DNA from: a virus | Taxonomy: Duplodnaviria > Caudoviricetes | IMG/VR virus record: IMGVR_UViG_3300033487_000014 | Coordinates: 1 to 44,572 of that record | Strand: one strand, 5' to 3' | Length of the DNA: 44,572 nt | Shown: positions 16,701-26,092 of the stretch, in pieces | Position numbering within the stretch: position 1 is the stretch's first letter | How the letters are laid out: each line of letters starts with the position of its first letter | Notes under the pieces: generated by a model | The model's input: only the letters and a program-made list of their open reading frames with translations | Database searches by the model: none | What the model was told of the DNA's origin: nothing | Position numbers and translations under genes: made by a program

Positions 16701-17390
16701 CCAGATTTTTCCGGAATCTATTGTTACATTTGTGTATTCCGGTATCACTATCACCTGAGCTTTGTTAGAGCCACTGGAACTATAGCTATAAGCAAGGGCA
16801 TTGACGGTTGTGATAGTACCGGTTGCATAGGTCGAAATTTCATTTCTCTCCCAGTTTCCTGCATTTGTTCCTTGTGTCTGATGTATTAAAATCTTCTGTC
16901 CAGCAGTAAAACTAGCGTGTGTTGCTGTAAGAGAGGTTGTGCCCTGTGTTCCCGAGCAAGCAGAATCATATGGGGCTTGAGTAGTATCTGCTGATATTGT
17001 TAATGCACTATCCCCCCCGTCTCCAAAGTACGAAGATGCAGGTGTTCTCCACGCTGCTTCTGTCTGAACGTGCTGCCCATCCCCTACTGTTCCTGTAGAA
17101 CTAAAGGCTTTCTCAAGAGTAAGTTGTTGCATCTTGGAGGTATCTACACCATTAGAATAGAAGAATTTTGAGGGGTCATCAAAGAACTCCTGATTGAACC
17201 CGTTAAGCCAGTCCAGGTCTACCCACGTTGAGAAGAATGTAGCATCCCGATAGTTAGGGTCTCCGGATGAGAACTTGTTTACAAACGCAGGAGCCTCATC
17301 CCGTGTATAAACGTGAGTCAATAGCTTTTGGTGCCGTCCTACGACGAACCCAAAGTCTCCTATTTTAATGTCGTATTTACTGTCTACCAT
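13758..17390 (-). CDS. Large tail protein (nozzle/stabilisation-like beta-propeller with inserted Gly-rich domain)
   Basis: Propeller-type repeats (LYVGTSGGKIYSWDG, LYFGT, LFVGT), GGG-rich insert, C-terminal TPTLKKI domain. Start moved to ATG 17390 (TAATG coupling). Confidence 0.65.
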   Translation of the reverse strand: MVDSKYDIKIGDFGFVVGRHQKLLTHVYTRDEAPAFVNKFSSGDPNYRDATFFSTWVDLDWLNGFNQEFFDDPSKFFYSNGVDTSKMQQLTLEKAFSSTGTVGDGQHVQTEAAWRTPASSYFGDGGDSALTISADTTQAPYDSACSGTQGTTSLTATHASFTAGQKILIHQTQGTNAGNWERNEISTYATGTITTVNALAYSYSSSGSNKAQVIVIPEYTNVTIDSGKIWTAKAWDGTVGGILVFLASGTLTVTGTISANGKGFAGGAWANQSYGDQGDSQTTTGTYTSSANGGGGGGGRRETGGGADDAAGGGGGGYGAAGSNGTYTGYGIGGGTYGNASLTSCTLGSGGGSGGGSYSGTYAGGNGGAGGGWVFGMAKTISITGGIQANGGAGSAGADRGGGGGGSGGAVLLKGQTITLGSSLVTASAGAGASTGHGGNGGNGGAGRIHIDYYTSYSGSTTPTLDYTQDSTLTSTELGSSYTLYVGTSGGKIYSWDGASTYTEAFDVNRLEWYESGVDSYYVIGDAGGTEQAGAQGFQVDETMYIGGIEVYIKKENGTPGDITVRIETDSSSKPSGTLASANLTATIPAFATTSYGWKTVSFATPAQLTADTTYHLVLKTSAAANDNDYNWANDASSPSYSSGAASYSTDGGSTWTAASGVDMYFRILGESTGVTCSTISDIAASTTKLYFGTGNSAVTHTGGARIYSFDGTNWAVTKMFTGTTDSYVGAMTAFGSVTPGVYIGMGHKAKVYYTADMATFTVSKSITEPRNPGYVLAMVEYNGQLMVGGGYPEQLYGSSTMYSGFLYYYDEYQWGMVGSFEHTVVTSLESFDTMLFVGTIHKRLYVYNTATIDKLFEFPWDVQIIKMCKWDDKLTLAVAPTPGYSASGYEGVYVFDRNGLHLAFSATSRTWYSLFVFNNNLIAGGDTGYVYTTNATNYQSSGWLQTSYFEASLPSIDKLLREVTLQYETLPSGCSIDVYYKFKESDDWTSLGTADTESSIEDTSIFGVDVYSKKVCLKIVLETSDTTHTPTLKKIITKYQIAPDIKYIWKMTLVCPDNMKWGDETVPIAKIGTGCTAGDTTLTLTTIEGFPDPNGSTAYASVILADGTVDTFSYTEIDTGNVQLTGIPATGTYALATHAAGLYVKVLGRDIHRVILDLKTAKKFYTLTDVDSLTYTVYFSSYQTDNWVLDLSTGSNLIENEVPITLLEA

Positions 17391-17839
17391 TATCTTCCTA
17401 TCGCAAGCCAGGTAAGGTCGACCTGTGTCTCCGTACCTGAACTCAACGCCCAATAAATTGTAACGCCTGTAGTGGTGGGCGTGTTAGTTGTAACATAACA
17501 ATCAACCGAACTCCTACCCTGTACTGTTACAAACACTTCCGGCGTATCCCTAAAAGCCTTCCCGAAAGTTAGGGCAACCGAAGCCGAACCTGCTGCAACA
17601 CCGGTCCAAACTGCAACTCCGTGCTCCACCCGTTCAGTCGGTTGGTATCCTGCAATCGAATAAGGCGAGGCGTTCTTACCCAACCTTACAGAAGTTACCC
17701 CCTCGTGATTATGCAGTTTTATCAACTGTATTTCCAAAAACAACTCCGGGGACAAATGCCGCATCTTAACAGAACCATCAGCGATGCTGCTCCCCGAAGT
17801 TTGTTCTTTAGGTGCTGTCTCTAAGCTAAGATAAGACAT
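17390..17839 (-). CDS. Tail-associated protein with gp53/H-type-lectin-like C-terminal domain
   Basis: LTFGKAFRDTPEVFVT...TTTGVTI...WLAIGR. Confidence 0.65.
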   Translation of the reverse strand: MSYLSLETAPKEQTSGSSIADGSVKMRHLSPELFLEIQLIKLHNHEGVTSVRLGKNASPYSIAGYQPTERVEHGVAVWTGVAAGSASVALTFGKAFRDTPEVFVTVQGRSSVDCYVTTNTPTTTGVTIYWALSSGTETQVDLTWLAIGR

Positions 17840-17849
17840 TTACATCCTT

Positions 17850-18656
17850 TCATCCAAAAAAGCTCCTCAAAATCTTGATAACTTTAGCTTTGGCTTTTTC
17901 TGCCTGTTTTGTTACAGAAGATTGATAAGCCTTTGGATTACCTGAAGCTACATTCTGGACTGTCTTTACGGCTTTGTTGGCTAATATACCTACAGCCTTT
18001 GTTGGATTACTCACCGCTTTCTGTAAACTTCTTAGCACTCCACCCGACTGACTGACAAGCTGTTTGATGTTGGTGTTGGAAGCTATCTGTTTACTTGCCG
18101 ACGGAGCCTTAGTCTTACTAGGAATCTTAACTGTAGTAGAGCCAGGACCAGCAGTATAACTACCGGAAACCTGTCCCTGCATCGGTGCTTGAGACCCCAA
18201 TACTGTCGGTGCACTTGCTACCGCCTTCCCACCCTTAGAAACTGTCTTTGGTTTGAGAGACACACCTGCCGGTGTACCTACCGCCCCGCCAGTTCCTACC
18301 GCAGGAGTAGCTGCCCCACCTTTATTAGAAGTAGCTCTTGGAGCTATCCTAGAAGTTCTTGCTGCTACCGGACTAATCATTCCCATAGCGGACGGTCCAG
18401 CGACCTGTCCTGCTGACGCCATACTTTGAGGCATAATACCTCTCTCTTCAGGCATCTGAGTTCCGGTCTTAACTGCGACAACTTTCTTGGCACCCGGAGC
18501 AACCGGTCTCTCAATAGGTTCCTCAACTAAGTTTCTAGTCATAGTTCCAATAGCTCCTTTTCCTTCCGGTATAGCTTCTAACTTACTTCTCTGTTCTCTG
18601 AGCTTTCTGTATAACCCACCTGCTTTTGGTGTATATCCCATTTGTGAATACGGCAT
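17850..18656 (-). CDS. Basic low-complexity protein, probable internal virion protein
   Basis: K/A/P/G-rich; C-terminus resembles that of the 995-aa protein (LRSFFG vs LRSFLRI). Confidence 0.6.
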   Translation of the reverse strand: MPYSQMGYTPKAGGLYRKLREQRSKLEAIPEGKGAIGTMTRNLVEEPIERPVAPGAKKVVAVKTGTQMPEERGIMPQSMASAGQVAGPSAMGMISPVAARTSRIAPRATSNKGGAATPAVGTGGAVGTPAGVSLKPKTVSKGGKAVASAPTVLGSQAPMQGQVSGSYTAGPGSTTVKIPSKTKAPSASKQIASNTNIKQLVSQSGGVLRSLQKAVSNPTKAVGILANKAVKTVQNVASGNPKAYQSSVTKQAEKAKAKVIKILRSFFG

Positions 18657-18670
18657 TTATATCACCTCCT

Positions 18671-19519
18671 TTATGCAAGGCTAATGTCCGATGGTTTTCG
18701 GGCACGCCTTAAACTATTTAATCTTGAATCCAAACTATCTTTTAATACAACAAGTGTTCTTGAAATCATCGGTGCAGAGCTACCGTCCCCCTTAATAAGG
18801 GTATTGTATTTGTAATACTGGGTCCGGTCAGCCTCAAACACCTTGTAAGCCTTATACTTCATATAATCCAAAATATACTCATCAAAGACCTCGGGAACCT
18901 CAGAAATCTTTAGGAACATCTTATCGACATAAAGCCTCATTATATAGCCCACTGGCGGGACCTGAGTGAAGATTATTTGCTTTGCCCTGGGCTTCCAGTT
19001 AGAGGGAGAGTTAATGATACTGCCATCAGTTGAGTCTACAAAATCAATGTCGTTTACTCTTGTAACCCCGTAAGGAAATGAGTATTTAACCGTACCGGCT
19101 AGGGTTGTAAGAGTTTCATCAATAGCTTCATTCCAGGTATACGGATACAGGGAGTAAATGGCGTCCTTCCTAAAGTTAGCAACCGTAGCATTGGTAAAGA
19201 AATAGTCGTTTGAGTTGTTATCAGCCATCTCTATCCTGAATCTTGCATCCATTTCACACGTACCGCCCTGATATTCGTTGGAATACTGGGAGTAGGTAGA
19301 CCCATTTCTATACCTGAACTTGTACCACTTGTCGGTGTCCCCATCCGTGTCGCTGTAAACGGTATATCCCTGGGATAGGTCGGAGGCTGTGGAGATATCT
19401 ATGTCCAGGTCAGCCTTAATAATCGAATAAGAGCCACCCTGGGAGGTTGCACGGTTAATCTCTATTTGGTCGTACGTTGTATCCAGGTCTTTAGGATTCC
19501 TTATTTCTAATGTAAGCAT
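18671..19519 (-). CDS. Putative head-tail adaptor with FN3-like N-terminal domain
   Basis: IEINRA...YSDTDG...WYKFRY...SQYS N-terminus; adaptor-like C-terminus (SEVPEVFDEYILDY). Confidence 0.55.
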   Translation of the reverse strand: MLTLEIRNPKDLDTTYDQIEINRATSQGGSYSIIKADLDIDISTASDLSQGYTVYSDTDGDTDKWYKFRYRNGSTYSQYSNEYQGGTCEMDARFRIEMADNNSNDYFFTNATVANFRKDAIYSLYPYTWNEAIDETLTTLAGTVKYSFPYGVTRVNDIDFVDSTDGSIINSPSNWKPRAKQIIFTQVPPVGYIMRLYVDKMFLKISEVPEVFDEYILDYMKYKAYKVFEADRTQYYKYNTLIKGDGSSAPMISRTLVVLKDSLDSRLNSLRRARKPSDISLA

Positions 19520-19528
19520 ATTTTCTCC

Positions 19529-22500
19529 TTATAATCTCGGTCTATCATCATCTAATAGAACCGGTCCGCTACTGTCTAGTATAGAACCAGTTGGCGTCTG
19601 ATTGCTACTCGACACCCCGGACATCAAAGAAATTGGTACTTCTCCGTCATAGGCTGTTAATCCCCTAGTAACAGTAACGGCGTCCGTTACGGTGGATTCG
19701 TCATAAACCTCTATGTTCTCGTTATCTTTCAATATTTCTACTGCATCTGTTACTTCCGTGGTATCAAATGCGTATATAAGTATCTCTATTGACGAACACT
19801 CAAGGGTTGGTCCGTCGGTAACTACACTTTCGTCATATACCGATATAATAAGCTGAGTTTGCAGAACCGTTGTATCATCAGTTACCGCAGTAGTATCAGA
19901 AACACTGATATTCTCGCTATCCTTACCTACTGTGTTGGAATCTGTTACTGTGGTTGAATCACTAACGTCTATTACCAGGTTGGTTTGCACTACCGTCGTG
20001 TCGTCAGTTGCCGTGGTTGAATCCGCTACGTTTATGTTCTCGCTATTCTTACCTACTGTAACTGCATCAGTAGCCGTTGTATCATCACCTACAAAGATTG
20101 CACAGATGTCCGCCCCTACGGTAGCGGAGTCAGTAACTATCGACTCATCATAGACATAAATCATCTTCGGATTTGTCTCTATTGTTGCTGAATCAGTTAC
20201 CGTTGTATCGTCCCCGACATTGATGTGCAGAGTTGGTATGAGGACCGTTGTAGAATCGGTAGCCGTCGTACTGTCTGTTACATCTATATTTTCACTATTC
20301 TTACCTACGGTTGCTGCATCCGTTACTGTAGTGGAATCACTTTTGTCTATGGTAAGATACGGAGAAAATACCGTTGCACTATCAGTAACCGCAGAACCAT
20401 CGTCTACATAGATATTCTCACTATTCTTTCCTACTGTGGCGGAGTCCGTGGCTGTCGTGGAATCGCTAACGTCAATGTTTTCACTGTTCTTTAAGATAGT
20501 AGTGGCGTCGGTAACTGTAGTGTCGTCCCCAACATTTATCTCCCGATACGCAATCTCCGTAGTTGTTTCTACTGTCCTATCATCAGTTACAGTAGATTCA
20601 TCATATACACTTATTATAAGAGGACTCTCCACCACAACCCCATCCGTAACAGTCGTACTATCACTAACATTAATGTATGTAGTCGGGGATTCAATACTAG
20701 CTGAGTCGGTTACGGTAGTATCGTCTCCTATGTTTATCTCGTAGGGAGGTTCTTGCTTTTCTACTGTTACGGAATCTGTAACTACTAAAACACCACTATC
20801 TTCCGCCCCTACAGTGTAAAAAGTTGAAGGACTGGATTGGTTGTTGTATTCAGTAGAAAGCCAGGTAGCTGTTAAAAGACCGCCTTTTATTCTGACCTCA
20901 TCAACAATACCATCCTCATAGTAACTATCATAACCACCAAGACCTCCTATAGATAGGTAAACATTTGTAGTTGTAGTATCCGGAGTTCCAGAGGTTACAG
21001 GGTCAGTCTTTTTTAATACACCATCAGAGTAAATCCTAATATCTGTGCTAATGTCTAGCACCATCGCTAGGTTTCTGAATTCCGTCGAAGTGTCATCAAT
21101 GGTAGCATCTCCATACATAGCCCCCGTACCTTGAAATACCATTCCCTGCATATTGTATCTGACGTTACTCGTACTAACAGCGTGCCACATACCCCCTTGA
21201 TAGTTGGCGTCTGTCCTTGCTTTCATAAGTGGAGAGCCGGAAGTTGAATGGTTTTTTACGATATACTGCCAGGTTTGGTCTGTAGCCATAAATATATTGG
21301 GACAAGATGTTCCAATTAGAGTAAACTTATCCTTATCTGTACTTTGTAAATCAACACCACCACCAATTCTTGCATCCGCAGTTAGAGGTGTATTAGTTTT
21401 AGTAAGGTCGTACGAGTTTGGAGAGCTATCGTAAGCTGCTGCATTACTTTGTAGGTGCCACACACCCTCATAGTCAGCCCAAACAGCGTGTGTTCCGTAA
21501 GTATCAGTATGTGCGTAATCGGATGCAGTCTCCTTACCATAGTAAATATAATAATCTGTATCCGTATCTCCGTCTATGGTGTCTGCTAAGAACCAAAGCT
21601 CTCCGGTATCAGATGCCGCCGTGTAGAATACAACCTCTCTAGCAAGCTCGGAAACACCATCAGATTTTGTAACTCTGATATCCCTAGCGTCTGTTTGATT
21701 TACGTGTGTATGAAATTCGCTAGGGAGGTCATTAAGGTTTACATAGACCGGAAAGTTTGTTAGGTCTGCATCAACCTTACTGGCTAAAGCGGTTATCTTA
21801 ACCCTGTATCCCCACGAGGAGTCATACCAACTTGCTCCACCAGCACCACCATCAGAAACGCTAATGTTACATTCCCCCGCCATTGTAACTGCGTCAGTTG
21901 CAGTTGTAGAATCACTTACATTTATACCCCAGGACCAATCATATGTTTCAGCAGCAGGAGAATCCGTTACTGTCGTGGTATCTGATACGTTAATATCCCA
22001 GGACCAATCGTATGTCTCGGCAGTTGGGGAATCAGTTACAGCAATAGTATCTGATACAGAGATATTCTCACTATCTTTTCCCGTTGTTACTGCATCGGTG
22101 GCTGTGGTTGTGTCATTGACATTTATTTCATAGTACGACTCATATTTCTCAACAGTAGTAGAATCAGTAACGGCTGTAGTATCACCAACATTTATCTCTG
22201 CCGGGGTTTCCTCCTTGTCCATTGTTACCGAGTCAGTAGCCGTTGTTTCATCGTAAACATTGATATTGCACCCACCAGCCATTGTTACTGCGTCGGTTAC
22301 GGTTGTGCTATCGCCTACCTCTATACTTTCGCTATTCTTACCTACTGTTACAGCGTCAGTTGCGGTCGTGGAATCTGATATATCTATGTTTTCACTATTT
22401 TTTTCTACTGTTGCTGAATCTGTAACAGCAGTAGAGTCGCTAACATCAACAGATTTGTCCCCTTCTGTTGCAACTTCGTGAATAACATAAATTACAGCTT

Positions 22501-24043
22501 TGTAAGCCCTACACGTGCCAATCCCGACAGAAGAATTACTACCTAATGGTTGAGCTAGTAAATCACCACCACCTCCATCACCATAAATATTACATCCAAG
22601 ATAGTAGTTAGAAACTGGATTAAAATAGGTAAATGTTCCCTCTAAAGCAGCTATCGCCTCCCAAGTCCAACCGCCATCCGGTGTTTTTAGATTATTTAAG
22701 GTGCCCCATCCATAGGTATTACTGCCACCATATATCTTAGCGTACACACCTACTATATTTTCACCACTGGTAGGGGCGTTTGTTCCTTCCGCCTTTAATC
22801 CGGCTGTAGAAAGAACAGTCGTATAAGCGAAGGTGCTTGGTGTTGAATCACTATCGAAAGCATTACCGTCGTCCGTCCATTGACTAGAGGCATCTGTTAC
22901 GGTTGCATCTGAACCGTCGAAATAATACTCTGTAGTTGTCAAACCGGAGTCATATTCTATGTACGCCCCAAGCCATAAACACCAGATATCGGGGTTTCCG
23001 TCAGTGGTAGCTACACCGCACTGCATATTATCTATAGAGTTTGTACCAGTAGGTGTCCAAAAGGTATTGGTAGATGGGTCATAATAGGAAACAAGCGTGC
23101 TACTACAATATGTGCTGCCGGATGGATTAGTATTAACTGTTGAACTTCCCCCGTCAACGCTTTGACTGGTTGAAACTGTCCCACCAGAGGCAGACTTTAT
23201 TCTAAGTGTGTAGTTGGAAGTACCCGATGATTCTTCTCTTATTCTCGCACGTACATCAACAAGTTTAATAAAGTCGGTAGAATCTATACCCAAATCCGAA
23301 CTACTTGTCATTCCAAAATCTCCTATAGCAGAGTTGTTGTCCAACTCAATCATTGTTACGCCGGATGTTGCGGTATCTGATGGGGGAATCTCGTTTATCA
23401 TTGAATAATCGCCAGTAGTAGGGTTGTTATCACCAGCAGCATTTGGAAGTGCTAATACAAGTTTTCCCGGTCCTGGCAAATCATCTTGTCCACCAGTTTG
23501 GCTGTTATCGTTTATGGCTACATCGTCGATGTGGACCTCGTATGTTCCACTATCAATAGCACCGTATCTAAATACATTCATCGACTCATTACAGCTTACA
23601 GTACCAGTAGCAAACTGGTCTCCATCTAAGTAAGCCGTGGCAGTTGTTCCTTCTATTTTTAGTTCGACTCTGTACCAAGTATCTACAGCAAGTGTTGAGC
23701 TATCAGAACCTTCCTGTGCACTTGCAACACTGTCCCAAAGTTCCAAAGATAAAGCACTGTTTAGTTTGATGTTTGCACAGTCCCGTGGGGTGCTGTCCCT
23801 GATTGTCATTACAGCAACTTCTCCGCTGGAAGGTGCTGCGTGGACACGAAGATAGATACGGAAATAGGAGGAGGATACACCGGTAGCCAATGTGTTATAC
23901 CCATACCTACCGCCGGAGGCACAGTTTAACGATGCACTACCAGACCTTTTAACAGAAGTATCTATTGTGGGTGAACCAGTGATGCTACATTCAACACCAC
24001 TAGTTACCGATTGCATTTCAAAACCATTAGTAAATCTACGCAT
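19529..24043 (-). CDS. 1504-aa virion fibre/adhesin: lectin-like domains, DUF2341 + ConA/LamG-like domain, 27 Ser/Thr/Asp-rich repeats
   Basis: WYDSSWGYRVKIT...NFPVYV...DIRVT...YYIYYG (DUF2341-like); GIVDEVRI...EYNNQ; repeat I-x-V-x-D-x-T-x-[VA]-T-D. Confidence 0.8.
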   Translation of the reverse strand: MRRFTNGFEMQSVTSGVECSITGSPTIDTSVKRSGSASLNCASGGRYGYNTLATGVSSSYFRIYLRVHAAPSSGEVAVMTIRDSTPRDCANIKLNSALSLELWDSVASAQEGSDSSTLAVDTWYRVELKIEGTTATAYLDGDQFATGTVSCNESMNVFRYGAIDSGTYEVHIDDVAINDNSQTGGQDDLPGPGKLVLALPNAAGDNNPTTGDYSMINEIPPSDTATSGVTMIELDNNSAIGDFGMTSSSDLGIDSTDFIKLVDVRARIREESSGTSNYTLRIKSASGGTVSTSQSVDGGSSTVNTNPSGSTYCSSTLVSYYDPSTNTFWTPTGTNSIDNMQCGVATTDGNPDIWCLWLGAYIEYDSGLTTTEYYFDGSDATVTDASSQWTDDGNAFDSDSTPSTFAYTTVLSTAGLKAEGTNAPTSGENIVGVYAKIYGGSNTYGWGTLNNLKTPDGGWTWEAIAALEGTFTYFNPVSNYYLGCNIYGDGGGGDLLAQPLGSNSSVGIGTCRAYKAVIYVIHEVATEGDKSVDVSDSTAVTDSATVEKNSENIDISDSTTATDAVTVGKNSESIEVGDSTTVTDAVTMAGGCNINVYDETTATDSVTMDKEETPAEINVGDTTAVTDSTTVEKYESYYEINVNDTTTATDAVTTGKDSENISVSDTIAVTDSPTAETYDWSWDINVSDTTTVTDSPAAETYDWSWGINVSDSTTATDAVTMAGECNISVSDGGAGGASWYDSSWGYRVKITALASKVDADLTNFPVYVNLNDLPSEFHTHVNQTDARDIRVTKSDGVSELAREVVFYTAASDTGELWFLADTIDGDTDTDYYIYYGKETASDYAHTDTYGTHAVWADYEGVWHLQSNAAAYDSSPNSYDLTKTNTPLTADARIGGGVDLQSTDKDKFTLIGTSCPNIFMATDQTWQYIVKNHSTSGSPLMKARTDANYQGGMWHAVSTSNVRYNMQGMVFQGTGAMYGDATIDDTSTEFRNLAMVLDISTDIRIYSDGVLKKTDPVTSGTPDTTTTNVYLSIGGLGGYDSYYEDGIVDEVRIKGGLLTATWLSTEYNNQSSPSTFYTVGAEDSGVLVVTDSVTVEKQEPPYEINIGDDTTVTDSASIESPTTYINVSDSTTVTDGVVVESPLIISVYDESTVTDDRTVETTTEIAYREINVGDDTTVTDATTILKNSENIDVSDSTTATDSATVGKNSENIYVDDGSAVTDSATVFSPYLTIDKSDSTTVTDAATVGKNSENIDVTDSTTATDSTTVLIPTLHINVGDDTTVTDSATIETNPKMIYVYDESIVTDSATVGADICAIFVGDDTTATDAVTVGKNSENINVADSTTATDDTTVVQTNLVIDVSDSTTVTDSNTVGKDSENISVSDTTAVTDDTTVLQTQLIISVYDESVVTDGPTLECSSIEILIYAFDTTEVTDAVEILKDNENIEVYDESTVTDAVTVTRGLTAYDGEVPISLMSGVSSSNQTPTGSILDSSGPVLLDDDRPRL
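19670..22460 (-). repeat. Coding ~21-23-aa tandem repeats (27 units) interrupted by a globular insert at ~20790-21850
   Basis: Counted in the translation: 9 units, 1 split unit, 17 units. Confidence 0.85.
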
Positions 24044-24044
24044 A

Positions 24045-24443
24045 TTACCCCTTTATAAACCTCCTGATATCGTCCAAATTATCTAAATTTTGGTCGCTTG
24101 TTATTACTTGATAGTAACTTTCTCTTATGTGCTGCATCATTTTATTTACCATTTCATCTAAGGTGTAGTTTTCCCCAAACCATAGAAACCCTAACGATGG
24201 AAGAAAATTGTTATCCTCAGCCACAGCTAAACTTCCCGCAATATTTCTTAGTTGTGAAGAACACTCCTTAGCTATTCCTAAAAATAGTTTTACTTCTGTG
24301 TCCGGATTTGATTTCAAACTACAACGGTAATAATCGCCGTCCTGGTATATGTCGATAGCATTTCTTAAAGCAACTGCAATCGCCCGTATTTTACTGAGCG
24401 TATCCGTGCTTTGTATTATTATTCCTATTGAATAAGTTTCCAT
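24045..24443 (-). CDS. Hypothetical protein
   Basis: 132-aa AT-rich ORF abutting the fibre gene. Confidence 0.6.
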   Translation of the reverse strand: METYSIGIIIQSTDTLSKIRAIAVALRNAIDIYQDGDYYRCSLKSNPDTEVKLFLGIAKECSSQLRNIAGSLAVAEDNNFLPSLGFLWFGENYTLDEMVNKMMQHIRESYYQVITSDQNLDNLDDIRRFIKG

Positions 24444-24463
24444 ATATCAAAACAAGCTGGATG

Positions 24464-24676
24464 TTAAACCAGCTTGTCCTTTACCTTTACTGACTCACCA
24501 ACATTTATACTAAGAGCGGGGGGAGCCCTCGAATCTAATTTTCTGATAGTGAAGTTTAGGGGTCCCACAATATCAGATTCGATGTACTCTTTTATCATTT
24601 CCGATATTATGGCGATAGCACCACCCAAACTATCTACTACTTTTATGTTTTCGTGTACGTTTATTTCTAACTGCAT
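24464..24676 (-). CDS. 70-aa protein with two copies of the fibre repeat motif
   Basis: SD GGAGGT, ATG 24676; EINVHENIKVVDSL and SINVGESVKVKDKL. Confidence 0.65.
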   Translation of the reverse strand: MQLEINVHENIKVVDSLGGAIAIISEMIKEYIESDIVGPLNFTIRKLDSRAPPALSINVGESVKVKDKLV

Positions 24677-25499
24677 CTTTTTTAACCTCCGGTTCAAACT
24701 TTTTAGGTACGGTAAGAGGATACATCCTGCCGGTGTCGTCAATATGCCTCACAAAAATCCTTGTATCTACCAGAAATGGGTTTTCCATTTCCTGATACTT
24801 CTTCCATCCGGCTTTCTCAAAATACTTACCCTCTATCACCCGTCTGCACCACATCAGGTCCGATGTTCCGCTTTCACTTCTCATCATTCCTGTTTTCTCG
24901 TCAAACCAAACTTTAGCGGGAGCGTCAAATACACGCCTTACCTTCATACCGCCAGCACTGTATTCGGGAGAATCTTTATACATCTCCTTGATAATGGACA
25001 TATTTATCAGTATCGTACCCGTGGGTACTCCTGTAGCCCATACAAGGTCTCCCATCTTCCATTTGTCGTAATGTCCGTTCCCGGCTCCCCGGTATATCAT
25101 AGGTTCCGGAGGCACCGACTTTGTAAAATACAGACCTGATACTACTGGTATTTTACTCTCTATCATATACTCGTTCAAACGCAAAAAACAATCCGGGGGC
25201 AAGACATTATCCTGTTCTATCAATACCAACCACTCAACGTCGAGTTCTATGGCTTTTTGCACAATGATGTTTTGAGCGTCTGCCACCAAAAACCTAAGAG
25301 GAGCTACAGATGCAATCCAGGGACGTAGTTCCTGTTGAGACCAGTTAGTAGGAATTGTCTGTCCCCACCTTCCCATCGCCCACTCAATCCTCACAAGACC
25401 CGTTACGGGAGTTCCTATAAGAAGCCTAGACCTCCAATACCCCGTGTTTTCTATTATCTGACCGGTAAGGTCAGTTACTACTTTAGCTTGCTTTTTCAT
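24630..25499 (-). CDS. GT-A fold glycosyltransferase (GT2-like)
   Basis: LLIGTP...VADAQNIIV...LVLIEQDNVLPPD...VVSGLYF...GTILI...SDLMWC...VDT. Confidence 0.8.
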   Translation of the reverse strand: MKKQAKVVTDLTGQIIENTGYWRSRLLIGTPVTGLVRIEWAMGRWGQTIPTNWSQQELRPWIASVAPLRFLVADAQNIIVQKAIELDVEWLVLIEQDNVLPPDCFLRLNEYMIESKIPVVSGLYFTKSVPPEPMIYRGAGNGHYDKWKMGDLVWATGVPTGTILINMSIIKEMYKDSPEYSAGGMKVRRVFDAPAKVWFDEKTGMMRSESGTSDLMWCRRVIEGKYFEKAGWKKYQEMENPFLVDTRIFVRHIDDTGRMYPLTVPKKFEPEVKKDAVRNKRTRKHKSSR

Positions 25500-26092
25500 T
25501 TTTCCACCTCCGCTATAAGTACCTCGTTCCTGGTTACAGAGCCTTTAGGAAACTTCTGAGACCCGATAGGAGGTATAGGTTTATGCTTTGGTACCAACGT
25601 CAACGTGCCCTTCTTAAATCCTGCGGTCAGCAAACACCAGTTAAGAAACTGCGGATTAAGAGCGACCCTGTGATACTCCTCAAACGCCTGTTGGTTTCCG
25701 TAAATGGTCTCCATAACCTGAAAGTAGATGTTAGGGTCAAACTTTCCTGTCATCACTTCCAGCCAATCCTTCATAAGACCGTCAAAGTTCGGACTCGTCA
25801 TTACAAACTTAGCTCCCGGTTTCATCACACGCCTGATTTCCACCAGTGCCGGCACCACATCCCGCATTGGCAGGTGTTCTAATACCTCAAACATTTCCAC
25901 ATAATTTGCGTAGTTGTCCTTAAAGGGCATCTTCCTAATGTCAGCTTTAACATATTTAGCACCCCTATCCCATTTTACAGACCTAAAGATACCCTTCTTG
26001 CTCTTTAAATCCGATTCCTCGTACAGGTCCACATTCACAAAGTCCTTTTTAATATGGATTCCACAGCCTAAATTTAACCGTATTTTATTCAT
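25496..26092 (-). CDS. Class I SAM methyltransferase
   Basis: RLNLGCG, VNVD, DIRKMPF, VLEH, RRVMKPGA. Confidence 0.9.
   Translation of the reverse strand: MNKIRLNLGCGIHIKKDFVNVDLYEESDLKSKKGIFRSVKWDRGAKYVKADIRKMPFKDNYANYVEMFEVLEHLPMRDVVPALVEIRRVMKPGAKFVMTSPNFDGLMKDWLEVMTGKFDPNIYFQVMETIYGNQQAFEEYHRVALNPQFLNWCLLTAGFKKGTLTLVPKHKPIPPIGSQKFPKGSVTRNEVLIAEVEK

Noticed and set aside
17391-17453. N-terminal extension of the 1231-aa ORF
   Set aside because: Overlaps the upstream gene; the TAATG-coupled ATG at 17390 is more plausible.
19670-22460. CRISPR array
   Set aside because: Repeats are degenerate, in-frame protein repeats without unique spacers; no cas genes.
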